Shown here: piece after piece, positions 8,777-19,700 of the stretch
How positions within the stretch are numbered: the first letter of the stretch is position 1
How the letters are laid out: every line of letters begins with the position of its first letter
Assembly: GCA_965214095.1 (NCBI GenBank)
Contig: OZ243938.1
Location: forward strand, 3,072,001-3,136,000
Direction of reading: 5' to 3'
Origin: Candidatus Poribacteria bacterium
GTDB taxonomy: Bacteria; Poribacteria; WGA-4E; WGA-3G
Length of the DNA stretch: 64,000 nucleotides
Notes under the pieces: model-generated
What the model saw: only the letters and a program-made list of their open reading frames with translations
Told to the model about the DNA's origin: nothing
The model's database searches: none
Made by a program: the position numbers and the translations under genes

Positions 8777-11700
8777 ATGTCAATTACCGATTATTTTAAC
8801 GGAAAAGTCTTGCTGATTACGGGTGGTACCGCCTTCCTCGGGCAACCAATGGTTGCCAAAATCCTGACCTCTCTTCCAAATGTCAAAAAAATATATCTTC
8901 TCATTCGGAATCGGGTTGAGTCAAACGGCAAAATCACTTCCGCACAAACACGATTTGAAAAAGAGTTGTTGACCTCCGATGTTTTTGAAGAATTACGTCA
9001 GAAACACGGCACTCAATTTGAAGAATGGGTTAAGGAAAAGATCACTCCTGTTGAAGGTGAACTCACAGATGAAAGACTCGGTTTCAGCGATGCCGACTAT
9101 CAACGTCTACAAAATGAAGTTGACATCTTTATTAATATCGCAGGACTCGTTCAGTTTGATCCGCCATTTGATGCCTCACTAAAAGGTAATACCTTCGCCG
9201 CTAAACATGTTGTGACTTTCGCAAAAGGTTGCTCAAATGCGGTTTTTCTCCATGTTTCCACTGCGTATGTCTGCGGTGACAGAACGGGTCATGTGCCAGA
9301 AGAACTCCATCCACCTTATGAACAATACGCACAAGAACATAACGAAAAAAGTCCAACGAAAATCCCCGCAACCCTCACAGAAGAGATTGATTATCTACTC
9401 TCTTTAAACCAATCCATACGTGATGAAGCTGAATCCGCTGAACAAATAGCACATTTTCAAGAGATTGCTGAAAAGCAATTAAAAGCAGACAAACGTAAAA
9501 GTCGAAAAAACATTGATACCCTCACTGAAGAGGTTAAGGAAGAATGGCTTGAGGAACGTCTGGTGGAAGCGGGACTGGAACACGCGCGGTCACGCGGATG
9601 GAACGACACATATACCTACATGAAATTCCTCGCCGAAGAGGTAATCATGGAAATGCGTGGCGACCTACCGACAGCCATCGTTCGTCCTTCCATCATTGAA
9701 AGTAGTATCGCGGAACCGCATCCAGGGTGGCTCGGTAAATATCGGATGTCCGAACCGCTCATCGTCGGTTTTGCAAAAGGAAGACTCCCCGATTTTCCCG
9801 CAGACCCAGATATTATTTTAGATATTGTGCCTGTTGATTTCGTAGTGAATGCAATGTTAGCCGCAGCAGAAGCCATCGCAGAAAGCGGTGGAATTGAGGT
9901 ATACCACGTCGCTACCGGCACACAAAATCCGCTCTACTTCCGCGGAATTGTAGAAGCTACCTATGACTATTTTACTAAAAATCCTATGATAGAAAACGGG
10001 CAACCTATTCCTGTTCCAGTTTGGCAATATCCCACTTTAGAGGAATTCCAACGAAAATTAGACAGTAAAATGCGTCTGCTTGACCGCGCAATGAAAGCAC
10101 TAACACTACTCCCCTTCAAATCCGCAAAACGACAAAGACGCAGATTGTTCATAAAACAGAGCAGCATAAAAGCAGCACTTCACTATATTCGGATTTACGC
10201 ACCTTATACCCGCACGAACTTTGAATTTGAAACAAAAAAGATGCAAGCACTTTATCAACAACTTTCGCCTGAAGAACAGAAAATGTTTAATTTTGATGTG
10301 TCTCAAATTCAATGGAAACAATACTTCCAAGATATACACATTCCAGGCATCAAAAGACACGTGCTTAAAATTGATGAGGATACACCCAAACAGAAAGAAG
10401 AATCTACACAAGAGGAAGCAGACGATTATCCTGCTCCGGCACCAAATCCTATAGATAACATTTCACCAAGTACAATCGTAGATTTAATTGAGATGCAGGC
10501 GAAACGAGTCCCTGATAGAATTGCTCTCCAGATGGTAACCGAAGATGAATGGGAACGGTATACTTACGCTGAAACCTACTCACATTCACGTCAAGCAGCA
10601 TACCAATTATGGAAAAACGGTTTGCAAAAAGGGGACAGAGTTGTTTTGGTATCAGAAAACCAACCTGAGTGGTGTATCGCCTACCTTGCCGCTTCGCAAA
10701 TCGGGTGTGCAGTTGTTCCACTTGACGCACAAACACCGATAAGAGAGATATTAGCCATCGCGGAGTTCACTACCGCAAAAGCAGTCTTAGCATCAGATGC
10801 TGTTTTAGCCAAATCAAAAACACAACTGACTGAGACAGATATACTCATACAAAACATCAACAAGTTTAACGAAACTGCCAATTTAAAAGACGAGATTCCA
10901 TCAGACTTTCCTAACGTAGAAATTACACCAGACACAGTTGCTTCTATTATCTTTACGATGGGAACAACGGTAGACCCAAAAGGGGCTATGCTAACGCATG
11001 GTGGATTTATCTCTAATGTGAAAGCAGTTGCCAAAGCATTACCACCAACAGATGAAGAACGCATCTTGTCCGCTTTGCCACTGTATCATGCATTGAGTTT
11101 TTCATGTAGTTTATTGATGACTCTTTATGGTGGTACTACCGCAACCTATGTCAACGCACTGCGTCCGACTACTCTTTTGAAAGCCATGCGTGAGGATAAA
11201 ACCACTGCATTTATCAGTGTACCCCGACTCTTTCAAATGCTACAAAGCACTATTGAACGACAAGCATCGCGGGAAGACACACCGGGAGAAACCATTACCG
11301 AAAAAGCAAAAAATGTAATGGGTGGAGACATCCGAGTCCTTGTCAGCGGTGGTGCTGCCCTTGACGATGCTACTTATGATGGATTTCAAAAACTCGGTCT
11401 AACACTTTATCAAGGCTACGGTATGACCGAAACAGCACCGGTCCTTAGCGTCAATCCTTATCTGAATAGTAAACGTGGGTCTGTCGGTCCTCCAGTTGAA
11501 GGTGTTGAATTTCAAGTTTTGAATCCAGATAGTAATGGAGTTGGTGAAATCATCGCAAAAGGTCCCAGTAATATGATAGGATACTATCACAATCAAGATG
11601 CAACCGAAAAGGCTGTCCAAGACGGTTGGCTTTATACAGGTGATCTTGGATACATTGATGAGGATGGTTACCTATTTCTCACAGGACACTGTAAAGATGT

Positions 11701-13012
11701 AATCGTTCCTGCTTCCGGCAAGAACATCTATCCAGTTGAATTAGAAAAACTGTACCAAAACTGTCCAGTCATTGATGAGATGTGCGTCGTTGGCATTCCC
11801 TACGAAGATGGGTTAGATACTGATGTTCATGCAGTAATTATTACAACCGATGACAAAGACAATACGAAAACAGAGGTCCATCATCACTTGCAGAAAATCG
11901 CTAAACAACTGCCGAGTTACCAACATTTTCACAAAACACACCTTTTTCAATCTCCTCTGCCAAAAACCGAAAACGGAGAAATTGACAGGAAAAAGGTTAA
12001 AGTAGAGTTAGAGGAACATCTTGCAAAAGAACAGACTATTATCTCAAATGAAGCAGAACAAGAATCTGAAAATATTCCAGAGGATATTTTAGCACCACTG
12101 GCAGGATTAGCACGGATGCCAGCAAATCAGATTCGTGGAGAAAACCGTTTGGATACCGATCTTGGACTCGATTCACTCACGCGCCTTGACTTGCTGATGC
12201 TCCTCGAATCCAGACTCGGTCAGACAATACCTGAAGCAATAGTTGCGAACTTGCAGACAGTCAACGATGTTGTTGAATTAACACAGACTTTTGCAGAAAC
12301 AGATGTAAATCAATCATCTGGAATATCAGAAAAACCTTTGAAATTGCGGGAAAAACCACATTGGTATGCACGTGCATTTCGTGCAGGTGTACGAAGTTTT
12401 TACAGACACCGTTTTTCATTTGAATGTTTCGGACTTGAAAACATACCACAAGACAAACCTTACATCATCACACCGAACCACGCAAGCCATTTAGATACGC
12501 TTACGGTGATTACAGCACTTGGTCAATATTCACACCGTATGTGGACGCTTGCCGCACGCGATTACTGGTTCGGTAACCGCTTTCAAGGATGGTTTGCACA
12601 CAATTGTCTCAACGCACTGCCTATTGAGCGCGACGGCAATTTTAGTCAGTTTCTACAAGATTTACGTATGGCAAATGCAGTTATGGAGCAAAACAATGGA
12701 TTGCTCATTTTCCCTGAAGGCACACGGTCGGTTGATGGAGAACTACAACCTTTCAAACCGGGTGTTCTCAGTCTACTAATTTATGGAGAACAGGTACCGA
12801 TAATACCGGCATACATTAAAGGCACATATCAAGCACTGCCAAAAGGACAAAACTTACCAAAAAAACATCCGATTCAGATCGCTTTTGGAGAACCACTTCT
12901 ATTTGAAGGCACACAAAACACAGACAACATCACGGAAAATTCGGAAATATACCAGAAATTTCTGACTGAACTTGAAACCCGTGTTGCTGAACTCAAACAA
13001 AAATTATCTTAG
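8777..13012 (+). CDS. Multidomain fatty acyl reductase / AMP-binding / ACP / PlsC acyltransferase (ElbD-like lipid biosynthesis enzyme)
   Basis: FAR: TGGTAFLG, HVSTAYV, YTYMK, IVRPSII, DIVPVD; AMP-binding: QGYGMTET, GWLYTGDLG; ACP: LGLDSL; acyltransferase: NHASHLD, FPEGTRS. Confidence 0.9.
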   Translation: MSITDYFNGKVLLITGGTAFLGQPMVAKILTSLPNVKKIYLLIRNRVESNGKITSAQTRFEKELLTSDVFEELRQKHGTQFEEWVKEKITPVEGELTDERLGFSDADYQRLQNEVDIFINIAGLVQFDPPFDASLKGNTFAAKHVVTFAKGCSNAVFLHVSTAYVCGDRTGHVPEELHPPYEQYAQEHNEKSPTKIPATLTEEIDYLLSLNQSIRDEAESAEQIAHFQEIAEKQLKADKRKSRKNIDTLTEEVKEEWLEERLVEAGLEHARSRGWNDTYTYMKFLAEEVIMEMRGDLPTAIVRPSIIESSIAEPHPGWLGKYRMSEPLIVGFAKGRLPDFPADPDIILDIVPVDFVVNAMLAAAEAIAESGGIEVYHVATGTQNPLYFRGIVEATYDYFTKNPMIENGQPIPVPVWQYPTLEEFQRKLDSKMRLLDRAMKALTLLPFKSAKRQRRRLFIKQSSIKAALHYIRIYAPYTRTNFEFETKKMQALYQQLSPEEQKMFNFDVSQIQWKQYFQDIHIPGIKRHVLKIDEDTPKQKEESTQEEADDYPAPAPNPIDNISPSTIVDLIEMQAKRVPDRIALQMVTEDEWERYTYAETYSHSRQAAYQLWKNGLQKGDRVVLVSENQPEWCIAYLAASQIGCAVVPLDAQTPIREILAIAEFTTAKAVLASDAVLAKSKTQLTETDILIQNINKFNETANLKDEIPSDFPNVEITPDTVASIIFTMGTTVDPKGAMLTHGGFISNVKAVAKALPPTDEERILSALPLYHALSFSCSLLMTLYGGTTATYVNALRPTTLLKAMREDKTTAFISVPRLFQMLQSTIERQASREDTPGETITEKAKNVMGGDIRVLVSGGAALDDATYDGFQKLGLTLYQGYGMTETAPVLSVNPYLNSKRGSVGPPVEGVEFQVLNPDSNGVGEIIAKGPSNMIGYYHNQDATEKAVQDGWLYTGDLGYIDEDGYLFLTGHCKDVIVPASGKNIYPVELEKLYQNCPVIDEMCVVGIPYEDGLDTDVHAVIITTDDKDNTKTEVHHHLQKIAKQLPSYQHFHKTHLFQSPLPKTENGEIDRKKVKVELEEHLAKEQTIISNEAEQESENIPEDILAPLAGLARMPANQIRGENRLDTDLGLDSLTRLDLLMLLESRLGQTIPEAIVANLQTVNDVVELTQTFAETDVNQSSGISEKPLKLREKPHWYARAFRAGVRSFYRHRFSFECFGLENIPQDKPYIITPNHASHLDTLTVITALGQYSHRMWTLAARDYWFGNRFQGWFAHNCLNALPIERDGNFSQFLQDLRMANAVMEQNNGLLIFPEGTRSVDGELQPFKPGVLSLLIYGEQVPIIPAYIKGTYQALPKGQNLPKKHPIQIAFGEPLLFEGTQNTDNITENSEIYQKFLTELETRVAELKQKLS

Positions 13013-13020
13013 GAATTAAA

Positions 13021-13707
13021 TTGGAATCGCTTCAGAAAAATACAATCGCTTTCTTTGATGTAGACGGCACTTTGGTAAGCACAACTATTGTGCATTGTTA
13101 CGTCTGGCTTCGGACTTCATCGTTTTCTCGAATACAGAAACTATTCTGGACTATCGGTTTCTTACCAAAGGTCATCTACTATCTGATTTTAGATCGGATT
13201 AGTAGACCGCAGTTTAATCGGGTATTCTATAGAAATTATCGTGGAATGAACGCGGATACGTTAAAAACTTCAGCATCTGATATGTTCGAAAATTATCTGA
13301 AACACAAAATATATCCTGAAGCTATTACACAAATACAAGAACACAAAGAGCAAGGACACCAAGTTGTGCTTTTGACCGGTTCACTTGACTTCATTGTCAG
13401 TCCTATCGCTGAGTTTTTCGGTGCAGATTCAATATTAGCTCCTGAACTCATGGAGTTCGGAGGGAAGTTCACTGGTGAACTCACAACTGAACCGCTCATC
13501 GGAGAACAAAAGGCAATAGCGATGAAGAAGTTTAGTGAACAAACACAGATTCCACTTGATATATGCTATGCTTATAGTGACAGTCAATCTGATCTACCGA
13601 TGTTAAATGCAGTAGGCAAACCTGTCGCAGTCAATCCGAGCAAAGGCCTTCGCAAACAGGCACTTGAAGCAAACTGGGAAATCCACGAATGGATGAAGGC
13701 ATCTTGA
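13021..13707 (+). CDS. HAD-IB family hydrolase (SerB-like phosphatase)
   Basis: FFDVDGTL, LLTGS, AYSDSQSDLPML..VGKPVAVNP; 8 nt downstream of the megaenzyme stop. Confidence 0.9.
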   Translation: MESLQKNTIAFFDVDGTLVSTTIVHCYVWLRTSSFSRIQKLFWTIGFLPKVIYYLILDRISRPQFNRVFYRNYRGMNADTLKTSASDMFENYLKHKIYPEAITQIQEHKEQGHQVVLLTGSLDFIVSPIAEFFGADSILAPELMEFGGKFTGELTTEPLIGEQKAIAMKKFSEQTQIPLDICYAYSDSQSDLPMLNAVGKPVAVNPSKGLRKQALEANWEIHEWMKAS

Positions 13708-13729
13708 TTATATAGATAAGGAGAAAAAA

Positions 13730-13942
13730 ATGGAAGTCAAACGTTATTTTGAATCAATGTCTGAACCACAAGACACAATGTATGTTGAAATTGCAGGAAT
13801 GCATCGCTTTACGCGCCGTGGAGATGATTGGACAAAATTCCGTGAGGATCTCATCGAACTGCTTGAACAGACAATCTCTGAAGACCTTTCAAAAGAATTT
13901 GCCAAAGCCACAGAGAATTGGGAAAATGAGGAATTGGGATAA
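13730..13942 (+). CDS. Small acidic hypothetical protein (70 aa)
   Basis: Strong AAGGAG RBS, ATG start, operon-like spacing. Confidence 0.65.
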   Translation: MEVKRYFESMSEPQDTMYVEIAGMHRFTRRGDDWTKFREDLIELLEQTISEDLSKEFAKATENWENEELG

Positions 13943-14007
13943 TTATCTACTCCATCTTATAAAATTATCCTAGGCGACCACCAACAAAGAACTTTATGGA
14001 GAAGACT

Positions 14008-14787
14008 ATGAACACCCTATATGACTTTAAAATAAAACAAAAAAAATATATACCAGTCTTTCCAAAGGCAACTGGAAAGCCGACTATTTACATAGAAGGG
14101 TATCCCTATGAGGACGATGAACCTATGGCAGCAACAGGATTTCACGCTGATCAGATCACTACGTTTTCTGATCAACTTTCACGCTATTTCGCGATTAATG
14201 AACACATATATATCGGGGTTGACAATTTCATCTACTATAAGGAAGGTGACATGTCAAAAGTAGTTGCACCTGATATTTATGTTGTGTTTGGTGTAGATAA
14301 ATACCCACAACGGCGTAGTTTTTACACGTGGTCAGAAGGTGCAGTACCGATAGTAGTCTTTGAGTTTCTTTCCGATGCGACTGCAGATAAAGATCGGCAC
14401 GAAAAAGTACAAGTGTATTTGCAAGATATGAGTGCTCAAGAATACTTTATCCATCAACCTGAGATGGAAAAACCTGCGGAGTTCCAAGGATGGCAGCGGA
14501 TGCCTTCGGGAGATATCGTAGAGATAGAACCAGATACAGAAGGTGGACTGTTTAGCGAAGCATTGAACCTTTGGTTCCGTTGGGAAGATAATCAGAATAC
14601 GCAGGTGAGACTCATGCGTCCGTATCTCCCCGATGGCACACCTATAATGACATCTATGGAAGAAAAGCACATGCGGGAAGAAGCACAACACCTTCATGAG
14701 GCAGCGGAAGCGAAGGTAAGTGAATTAGAAACTGAGATAGAACGGTTACGCGCACAAATCGCAAACACAAAATACGAAAGTGCATGA
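14008..14787 (+). CDS. Uma2 (DUF820) family PD-(D/E)XK endonuclease-like protein with C-terminal coiled coil
   Basis: EPMA..H, VAPDIYVVFGV, PIVVFEFLSDATADKD..EK..Y, EYF; alternative start 13996. Confidence 0.85.
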   Translation: MNTLYDFKIKQKKYIPVFPKATGKPTIYIEGYPYEDDEPMAATGFHADQITTFSDQLSRYFAINEHIYIGVDNFIYYKEGDMSKVVAPDIYVVFGVDKYPQRRSFYTWSEGAVPIVVFEFLSDATADKDRHEKVQVYLQDMSAQEYFIHQPEMEKPAEFQGWQRMPSGDIVEIEPDTEGGLFSEALNLWFRWEDNQNTQVRLMRPYLPDGTPIMTSMEEKHMREEAQHLHEAAEAKVSELETEIERLRAQIANTKYESA

Positions 14788-14883
14788 CAAACACCATCCA
14801 TTAGGATAAAATAAGAATTGCTTAACTACAACCATTTACAAATTGCGTTCTCAACCGAAACGGGAGTCTAAACAAACGGATAT

Positions 14884-16779
14884 ATGAGTACATTCTATGT
14901 CACCACCCCTATCTACTACGCCAACGGTGAACCTCATGCCGGACACGCCTACACCACCATCGCTGCGGATGCATTAGCACGATACCACCGAATCAAAGGG
15001 GATGAAGTTTCTTTTCTTACTGGCGTTGATGAACACGGAGCAAACATTGATAAAACAGCTGAAAGCGAAGGACTGGCACCACAAGTATTCTGCGATAAGT
15101 TAGCACCAATTTTCACTAAGTTGTGGGAACGTCTAAATATATCAAATGACATCTTTCTCCGAACAACAAGTGAACTACACAAACGCGGCATAAAAAAGTT
15201 CCTTACTGCCCTATATGAAAGCGGAGATGTCTACAAAGCCCCGTACGAAGGACATTACTGTCGTCCGTGTGAACGTTTTTTTCCTGAGAAAGAACTAACA
15301 GATGAAAAGATCTGTCCTGTCCATAAATTGCCGTTAGAATGGGTGAAAGAGGAAAACTACTTTTTTAGACTATCCAAATATCAAGATCGGTTATTACAAC
15401 ATTATAGCGATAATCCTGATTTCGTATATCCAGAAAGCAGACGGAATGAACTATTGAACGTGCTGGAGTCAGGATTAGAGGATACAAGCATCTCACGTTC
15501 CTCTGTTTCGTGGGGAATACCCTTACCATTTGACCCAGAACACATCGCCTATGTCTGGATAGATGCATTACCCAACTACATAACCGCTCTCGGTTATGAT
15601 GCCGATAGCGAAAAATATCGGACATTTTGGCCCGCGAATGTTCACATGATGGCAAAGGAAATTACCCGATTTCACGCTCTTCTTTGGCCCGCCATGCTAA
15701 TGGCCGCTGACTTACCACTTCCTAAGCAGATAGTCGCACACGGTTGGTTGACGAAAGATGGTGAGGCACTCAGCAAGACACGCGGCATCTTCATTGATAT
15801 GGATGGAGACATCGCAACTTACGGTGTGGATGCATTCCGGTATTATCTCATGCGGGAGTTTAGTTTCGGCAACGATGGCGACTACCGTCCCACTCGCTTA
15901 CATCAACGCTACAACGCTGATCTCGCTAATGATTTAGGTAATCTGCTGAATCGCGTTCTCGGTTTAGTTAACAAGAACTTTGATGGAATCCCAGCACCGT
16001 CAACTCCAGATGATATTGACGTAGAAATCGTGGAGATGGCACAGACCACATCCGAAAAATTAGATGAACACATGGCAACCTTCGCCTTTGATAGTGCATT
16101 AGAGACAATCTGGGAATTTGTGCGACGTGTCAACCGATACGTACAACAAACTGAAGTGTGGACACTTGCAAAACCAGAAACAATGCCGAGGATGGGAACT
16201 ATCCTCTATAATTGTTTAGAAGCGTTACGATATATATCTGTGCTGATTTCACCTTATGTGCCTGAAACTGCTGAGAAAATTCAGAAACAGATCGGTCTAT
16301 CAGACTTCGATACCGTTGCAGAATGGGGACGTTTACCTGTTGACATAAAAGTAAGTAGAGGTGAACCTATCTTCCCGCGTATTAATCTGAAAAAAGAAAA
16401 AACACCACAACCGAAAGAAAGCACAAAACAGGAAAAGAAAACAAAAGAGCAAAAATCCAATCTCATATCCTTCGCAGATTTCCAGAAAATGGATCTACGT
16501 GTTGGATCCGTCATATCTGCTGAACCGATTGAAGATGCGGATCGTCTCCTCAAATTGCAAGTAGACCTTGGAACAGAGGAAAGGCAGGTTGTCGCAGGAA
16601 TAGCAGAACACTATAAGCCAGATGCACTCATCGGAAAACAGGTTATTGTTGTTGTCAATTTAGAACCTGCGACCATACGCAATGTAGAATCACATGGAAT
16701 GATCCTCGCTGCAAGTGATGATTCTGTTGTGTTGGTAAGTCCTGAGACTGAAGTTCCTCTCGGTACACAGGTAAGATAA
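14884..16779 (+). CDS. metG: Methionine--tRNA ligase with C-terminal tRNA-binding domain
   Basis: FYVTTPIYYAN..HAGHAY, Zn knuckle CRPC...CPVH, YVWIDAL, DLANDLGNL, Trbp111-like C-terminus. Confidence 0.97.
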   Translation: MSTFYVTTPIYYANGEPHAGHAYTTIAADALARYHRIKGDEVSFLTGVDEHGANIDKTAESEGLAPQVFCDKLAPIFTKLWERLNISNDIFLRTTSELHKRGIKKFLTALYESGDVYKAPYEGHYCRPCERFFPEKELTDEKICPVHKLPLEWVKEENYFFRLSKYQDRLLQHYSDNPDFVYPESRRNELLNVLESGLEDTSISRSSVSWGIPLPFDPEHIAYVWIDALPNYITALGYDADSEKYRTFWPANVHMMAKEITRFHALLWPAMLMAADLPLPKQIVAHGWLTKDGEALSKTRGIFIDMDGDIATYGVDAFRYYLMREFSFGNDGDYRPTRLHQRYNADLANDLGNLLNRVLGLVNKNFDGIPAPSTPDDIDVEIVEMAQTTSEKLDEHMATFAFDSALETIWEFVRRVNRYVQQTEVWTLAKPETMPRMGTILYNCLEALRYISVLISPYVPETAEKIQKQIGLSDFDTVAEWGRLPVDIKVSRGEPIFPRINLKKEKTPQPKESTKQEKKTKEQKSNLISFADFQKMDLRVGSVISAEPIEDADRLLKLQVDLGTEERQVVAGIAEHYKPDALIGKQVIVVVNLEPATIRNVESHGMILAASDDSVVLVSPETEVPLGTQVR

Positions 16780-16791
16780 CGCCGTGCTATC

Positions 16792-19700
16792 TTGTCACTA
16801 ATCTCACAAATGCAAAATATTGAAGCAACCCTCAAAACCCGCATTCAGAATAACGAAGCAGATTCGTTTGTTATCATTGTGCCAACAGATTCAGCACGTT
16901 TGAATCGTCAACGCGAGTTGATTGACTATCATCCGAACAGTGCCGTTGCTAATCTGCAAGTCTACGACATTCAGAATTTTATCCAGAGGTTATACAATCG
17001 GGTTCGTCCTGCAAGAAAACATATTTCAACAGGAATTCAAAACCTTTGGCTTAACGAAATCGCTGAAGATGATGCTGATAACTATAATGCGTTCAGACCA
17101 ATCCAGAATAAACCCATTCCAGACAGCACACTCTCTCTCATTGCTAACACGATAAATAACCTAAAAGAAAAAAGTGAGACTGTCCAAGATATTGAAGCGG
17201 ATACACCTACTAAGACTGACCTATCAAACATATATAGTCAATATGAGTCAAAACTTGAAAACGGGTGGATAGACGACAAAGGCAAACACCTTTACCTCGC
17301 AAACAATTTTGAAGACGACTTTATCAAACAGGCATTCCCCAAAGTAAATCTCATCGTCGTTGAAGGTTTCTTTGTCCTTTCTAAATCAGATATCAAAATA
17401 CTGACCCGTATTGCGCAGATACCTGAAATAGAGTTATGGTTTCGAACCGACTGTATAGAAGCAAATACTGAATTATTTGAGATTATTAAATCCCTCGTCT
17501 CCCAATTTAGAACAGCGGGTGCACATATAGATACGGACTATGACCGAAATGATGACAACCATATCTATTTCGCACAAAATCTGTTTCGCTCAGATAATAC
17601 CTTAACTCACAAGGAAGACCTGACAGAACAGATAAAAGTATTAGAACCCACAGACCGAACCGAAGAGATAGAGCAGATTGCGCATCTAATTCAAAAACAT
17701 GTGTCTAATGGAGACTGCGAATTGGGAGATATCTGTGTGGCATATTACAACTTAACACAATATCAACAACGGATTGCTGAAATATTTCCTGCTTTTGGTA
17801 TACCCTATTCTCTTGTGGAAAACATACCGCTCACAAAATCAGAAGTCGTCAAAGCCATCTTTTCCCGACTTACGCCAAGGAAAGAGTCTATAGAAGACCC
17901 CTATTTCTCAGATGTCAATCCCGCATCACCTACACGTGCATTTTTTCCAAATGAATTCCAGGATTATATCAACGCCATTTTGGATAAGGGTGGTGTTTTA
18001 CAACGCATACTTAACCCGATGCTACAAAAAAACAGTAAAATCGTTGAAGATGAAGTGAATGCATTACAAACATTTAAGAGGATTGTTGGAGAACTTTGCA
18101 CAACACTAACATCAGAAGAGGAAAGATCGTTTCGACTTGAATACTATATTAATAAACTACACTACATTGCCAAACACACACATTATCAGAACAGAGCACA
18201 GCCGAAAAGTGAAGCTGTCAAGATAGTCACCCTCGGTGAACTCAGGAGTTCGGAGTATGATACTGTCTTTTTAGGTGATTTTGTAGACGGGGGATTCCCA
18301 CCGAATTATCGTCCCGATCCCTTGCTACCAGACACACCATCTCGCACGGAAGAGGAACAACTCTACGATAATCGGTTTCTATTCTATCGTGTGTTGAAAT
18401 CATTTCGTGAAAGGTTGTATCTCCTTACACCGCAACGCGAAAATGTATCGGAATTAATCCCGTCCTTGTTTCTGTCGCAGCTACAAGAAATCGCTAACAT
18501 TGGTTCGGAAACGGTTGAAAATCCCACGCAAAGGAGTGTCCCAGGTTTCCTCAGTGCTTACGGAAAGTATGTGTCAACAGCAGAACATCCACCTACCAAT
18601 ACATTCCCTGAAGAACTTGATGACAGACGTTCCTTAATAGACCATGTTGTTTCTATCGAAAAAAGCCGTGAGGACACACACGAGCTTATGGCTTATGAAG
18701 GCATTTTGAAAGAAGGAAGTCTATCCGAAGAAAGTCAAGCACAATTGGAACAGTTGCGTGAAAAGAAATATTCTGTCACAGATTTGGAAACTTATGCCAA
18801 TTGTCCGTTTCAATACTATATTGATAAAGTTTTAGGTTACAAAGTTGAAGATGACGAGGAAGAAGATGAACCGTCTCCTCTTGAAAAAGGTTCGTTGATT
18901 CATGATGTCCTTTTTGAATTCTACAACAATTGTCGTGAAAATGAAGATCCTCCAATAACACAATGTTCAGATGAAAGCTTTGATAGAGCAAAACAGCAAT
19001 TAGATGAAATATTACACTATAAATCTGAAGAAAAACGGAATCAGCGAGAGAACATAAGTGAAGATAATCTCTTTTGGAAAATTGAGATTGAGAAACAACG
19101 GGTAGCACTACATAAATGGCTTGATGCCGAACGTGAATACGATCTAACTCTTGCACCACGTTATTTTGAAGTTAGTGTCGGATATCCACTAGGTAATACG
19201 GATGAGGAACTGAGCCAATCAGAACCTGTTTTAATAGGCAATGTTAACATGGTTGGTAGAATAGATCGGATTGATATTGGTGCGGGGAGTTTTAACGTCA
19301 TTGACTATAAGACTGGAAGTTCTGTGCCGAAAATGCCAGATATACTTGAAGGTCGGAGCATACAAATTCCGATCTATCTCCAGATCGCACAAAAAATATT
19401 GGAGCAAAATGGTATAACAGGTTTAGAACCTACTGCGGGACTCTATCACAAAATTAGGTTGGATGAATTCAAAGTGGAATTGGGTATTGGAATAGAGGAT
19501 TACAATGATATTGCTTTCAGAAATTTTAATGGCTCAGATTGGGGGCCTGTGGGCACAAGAAGTGGACAATTGTTGTATGACGAACAGTTTGAATCACGAC
19601 TTAATCGCGTAAATGGTTATATTGAACAGTACGTTGAAAACATTTCAAACGGTATCTTTCCAATCATCACACGTGTTGATACTTATGTAGATTCTGTAGA

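Noticed and set aside
14008-14787. Uma2 nuclease plus upstream small ORF as a defence or TA module
   Set aside because: Uma2 genes are commonly scattered singly, and nothing in the sequence links the two ORFs functionally.
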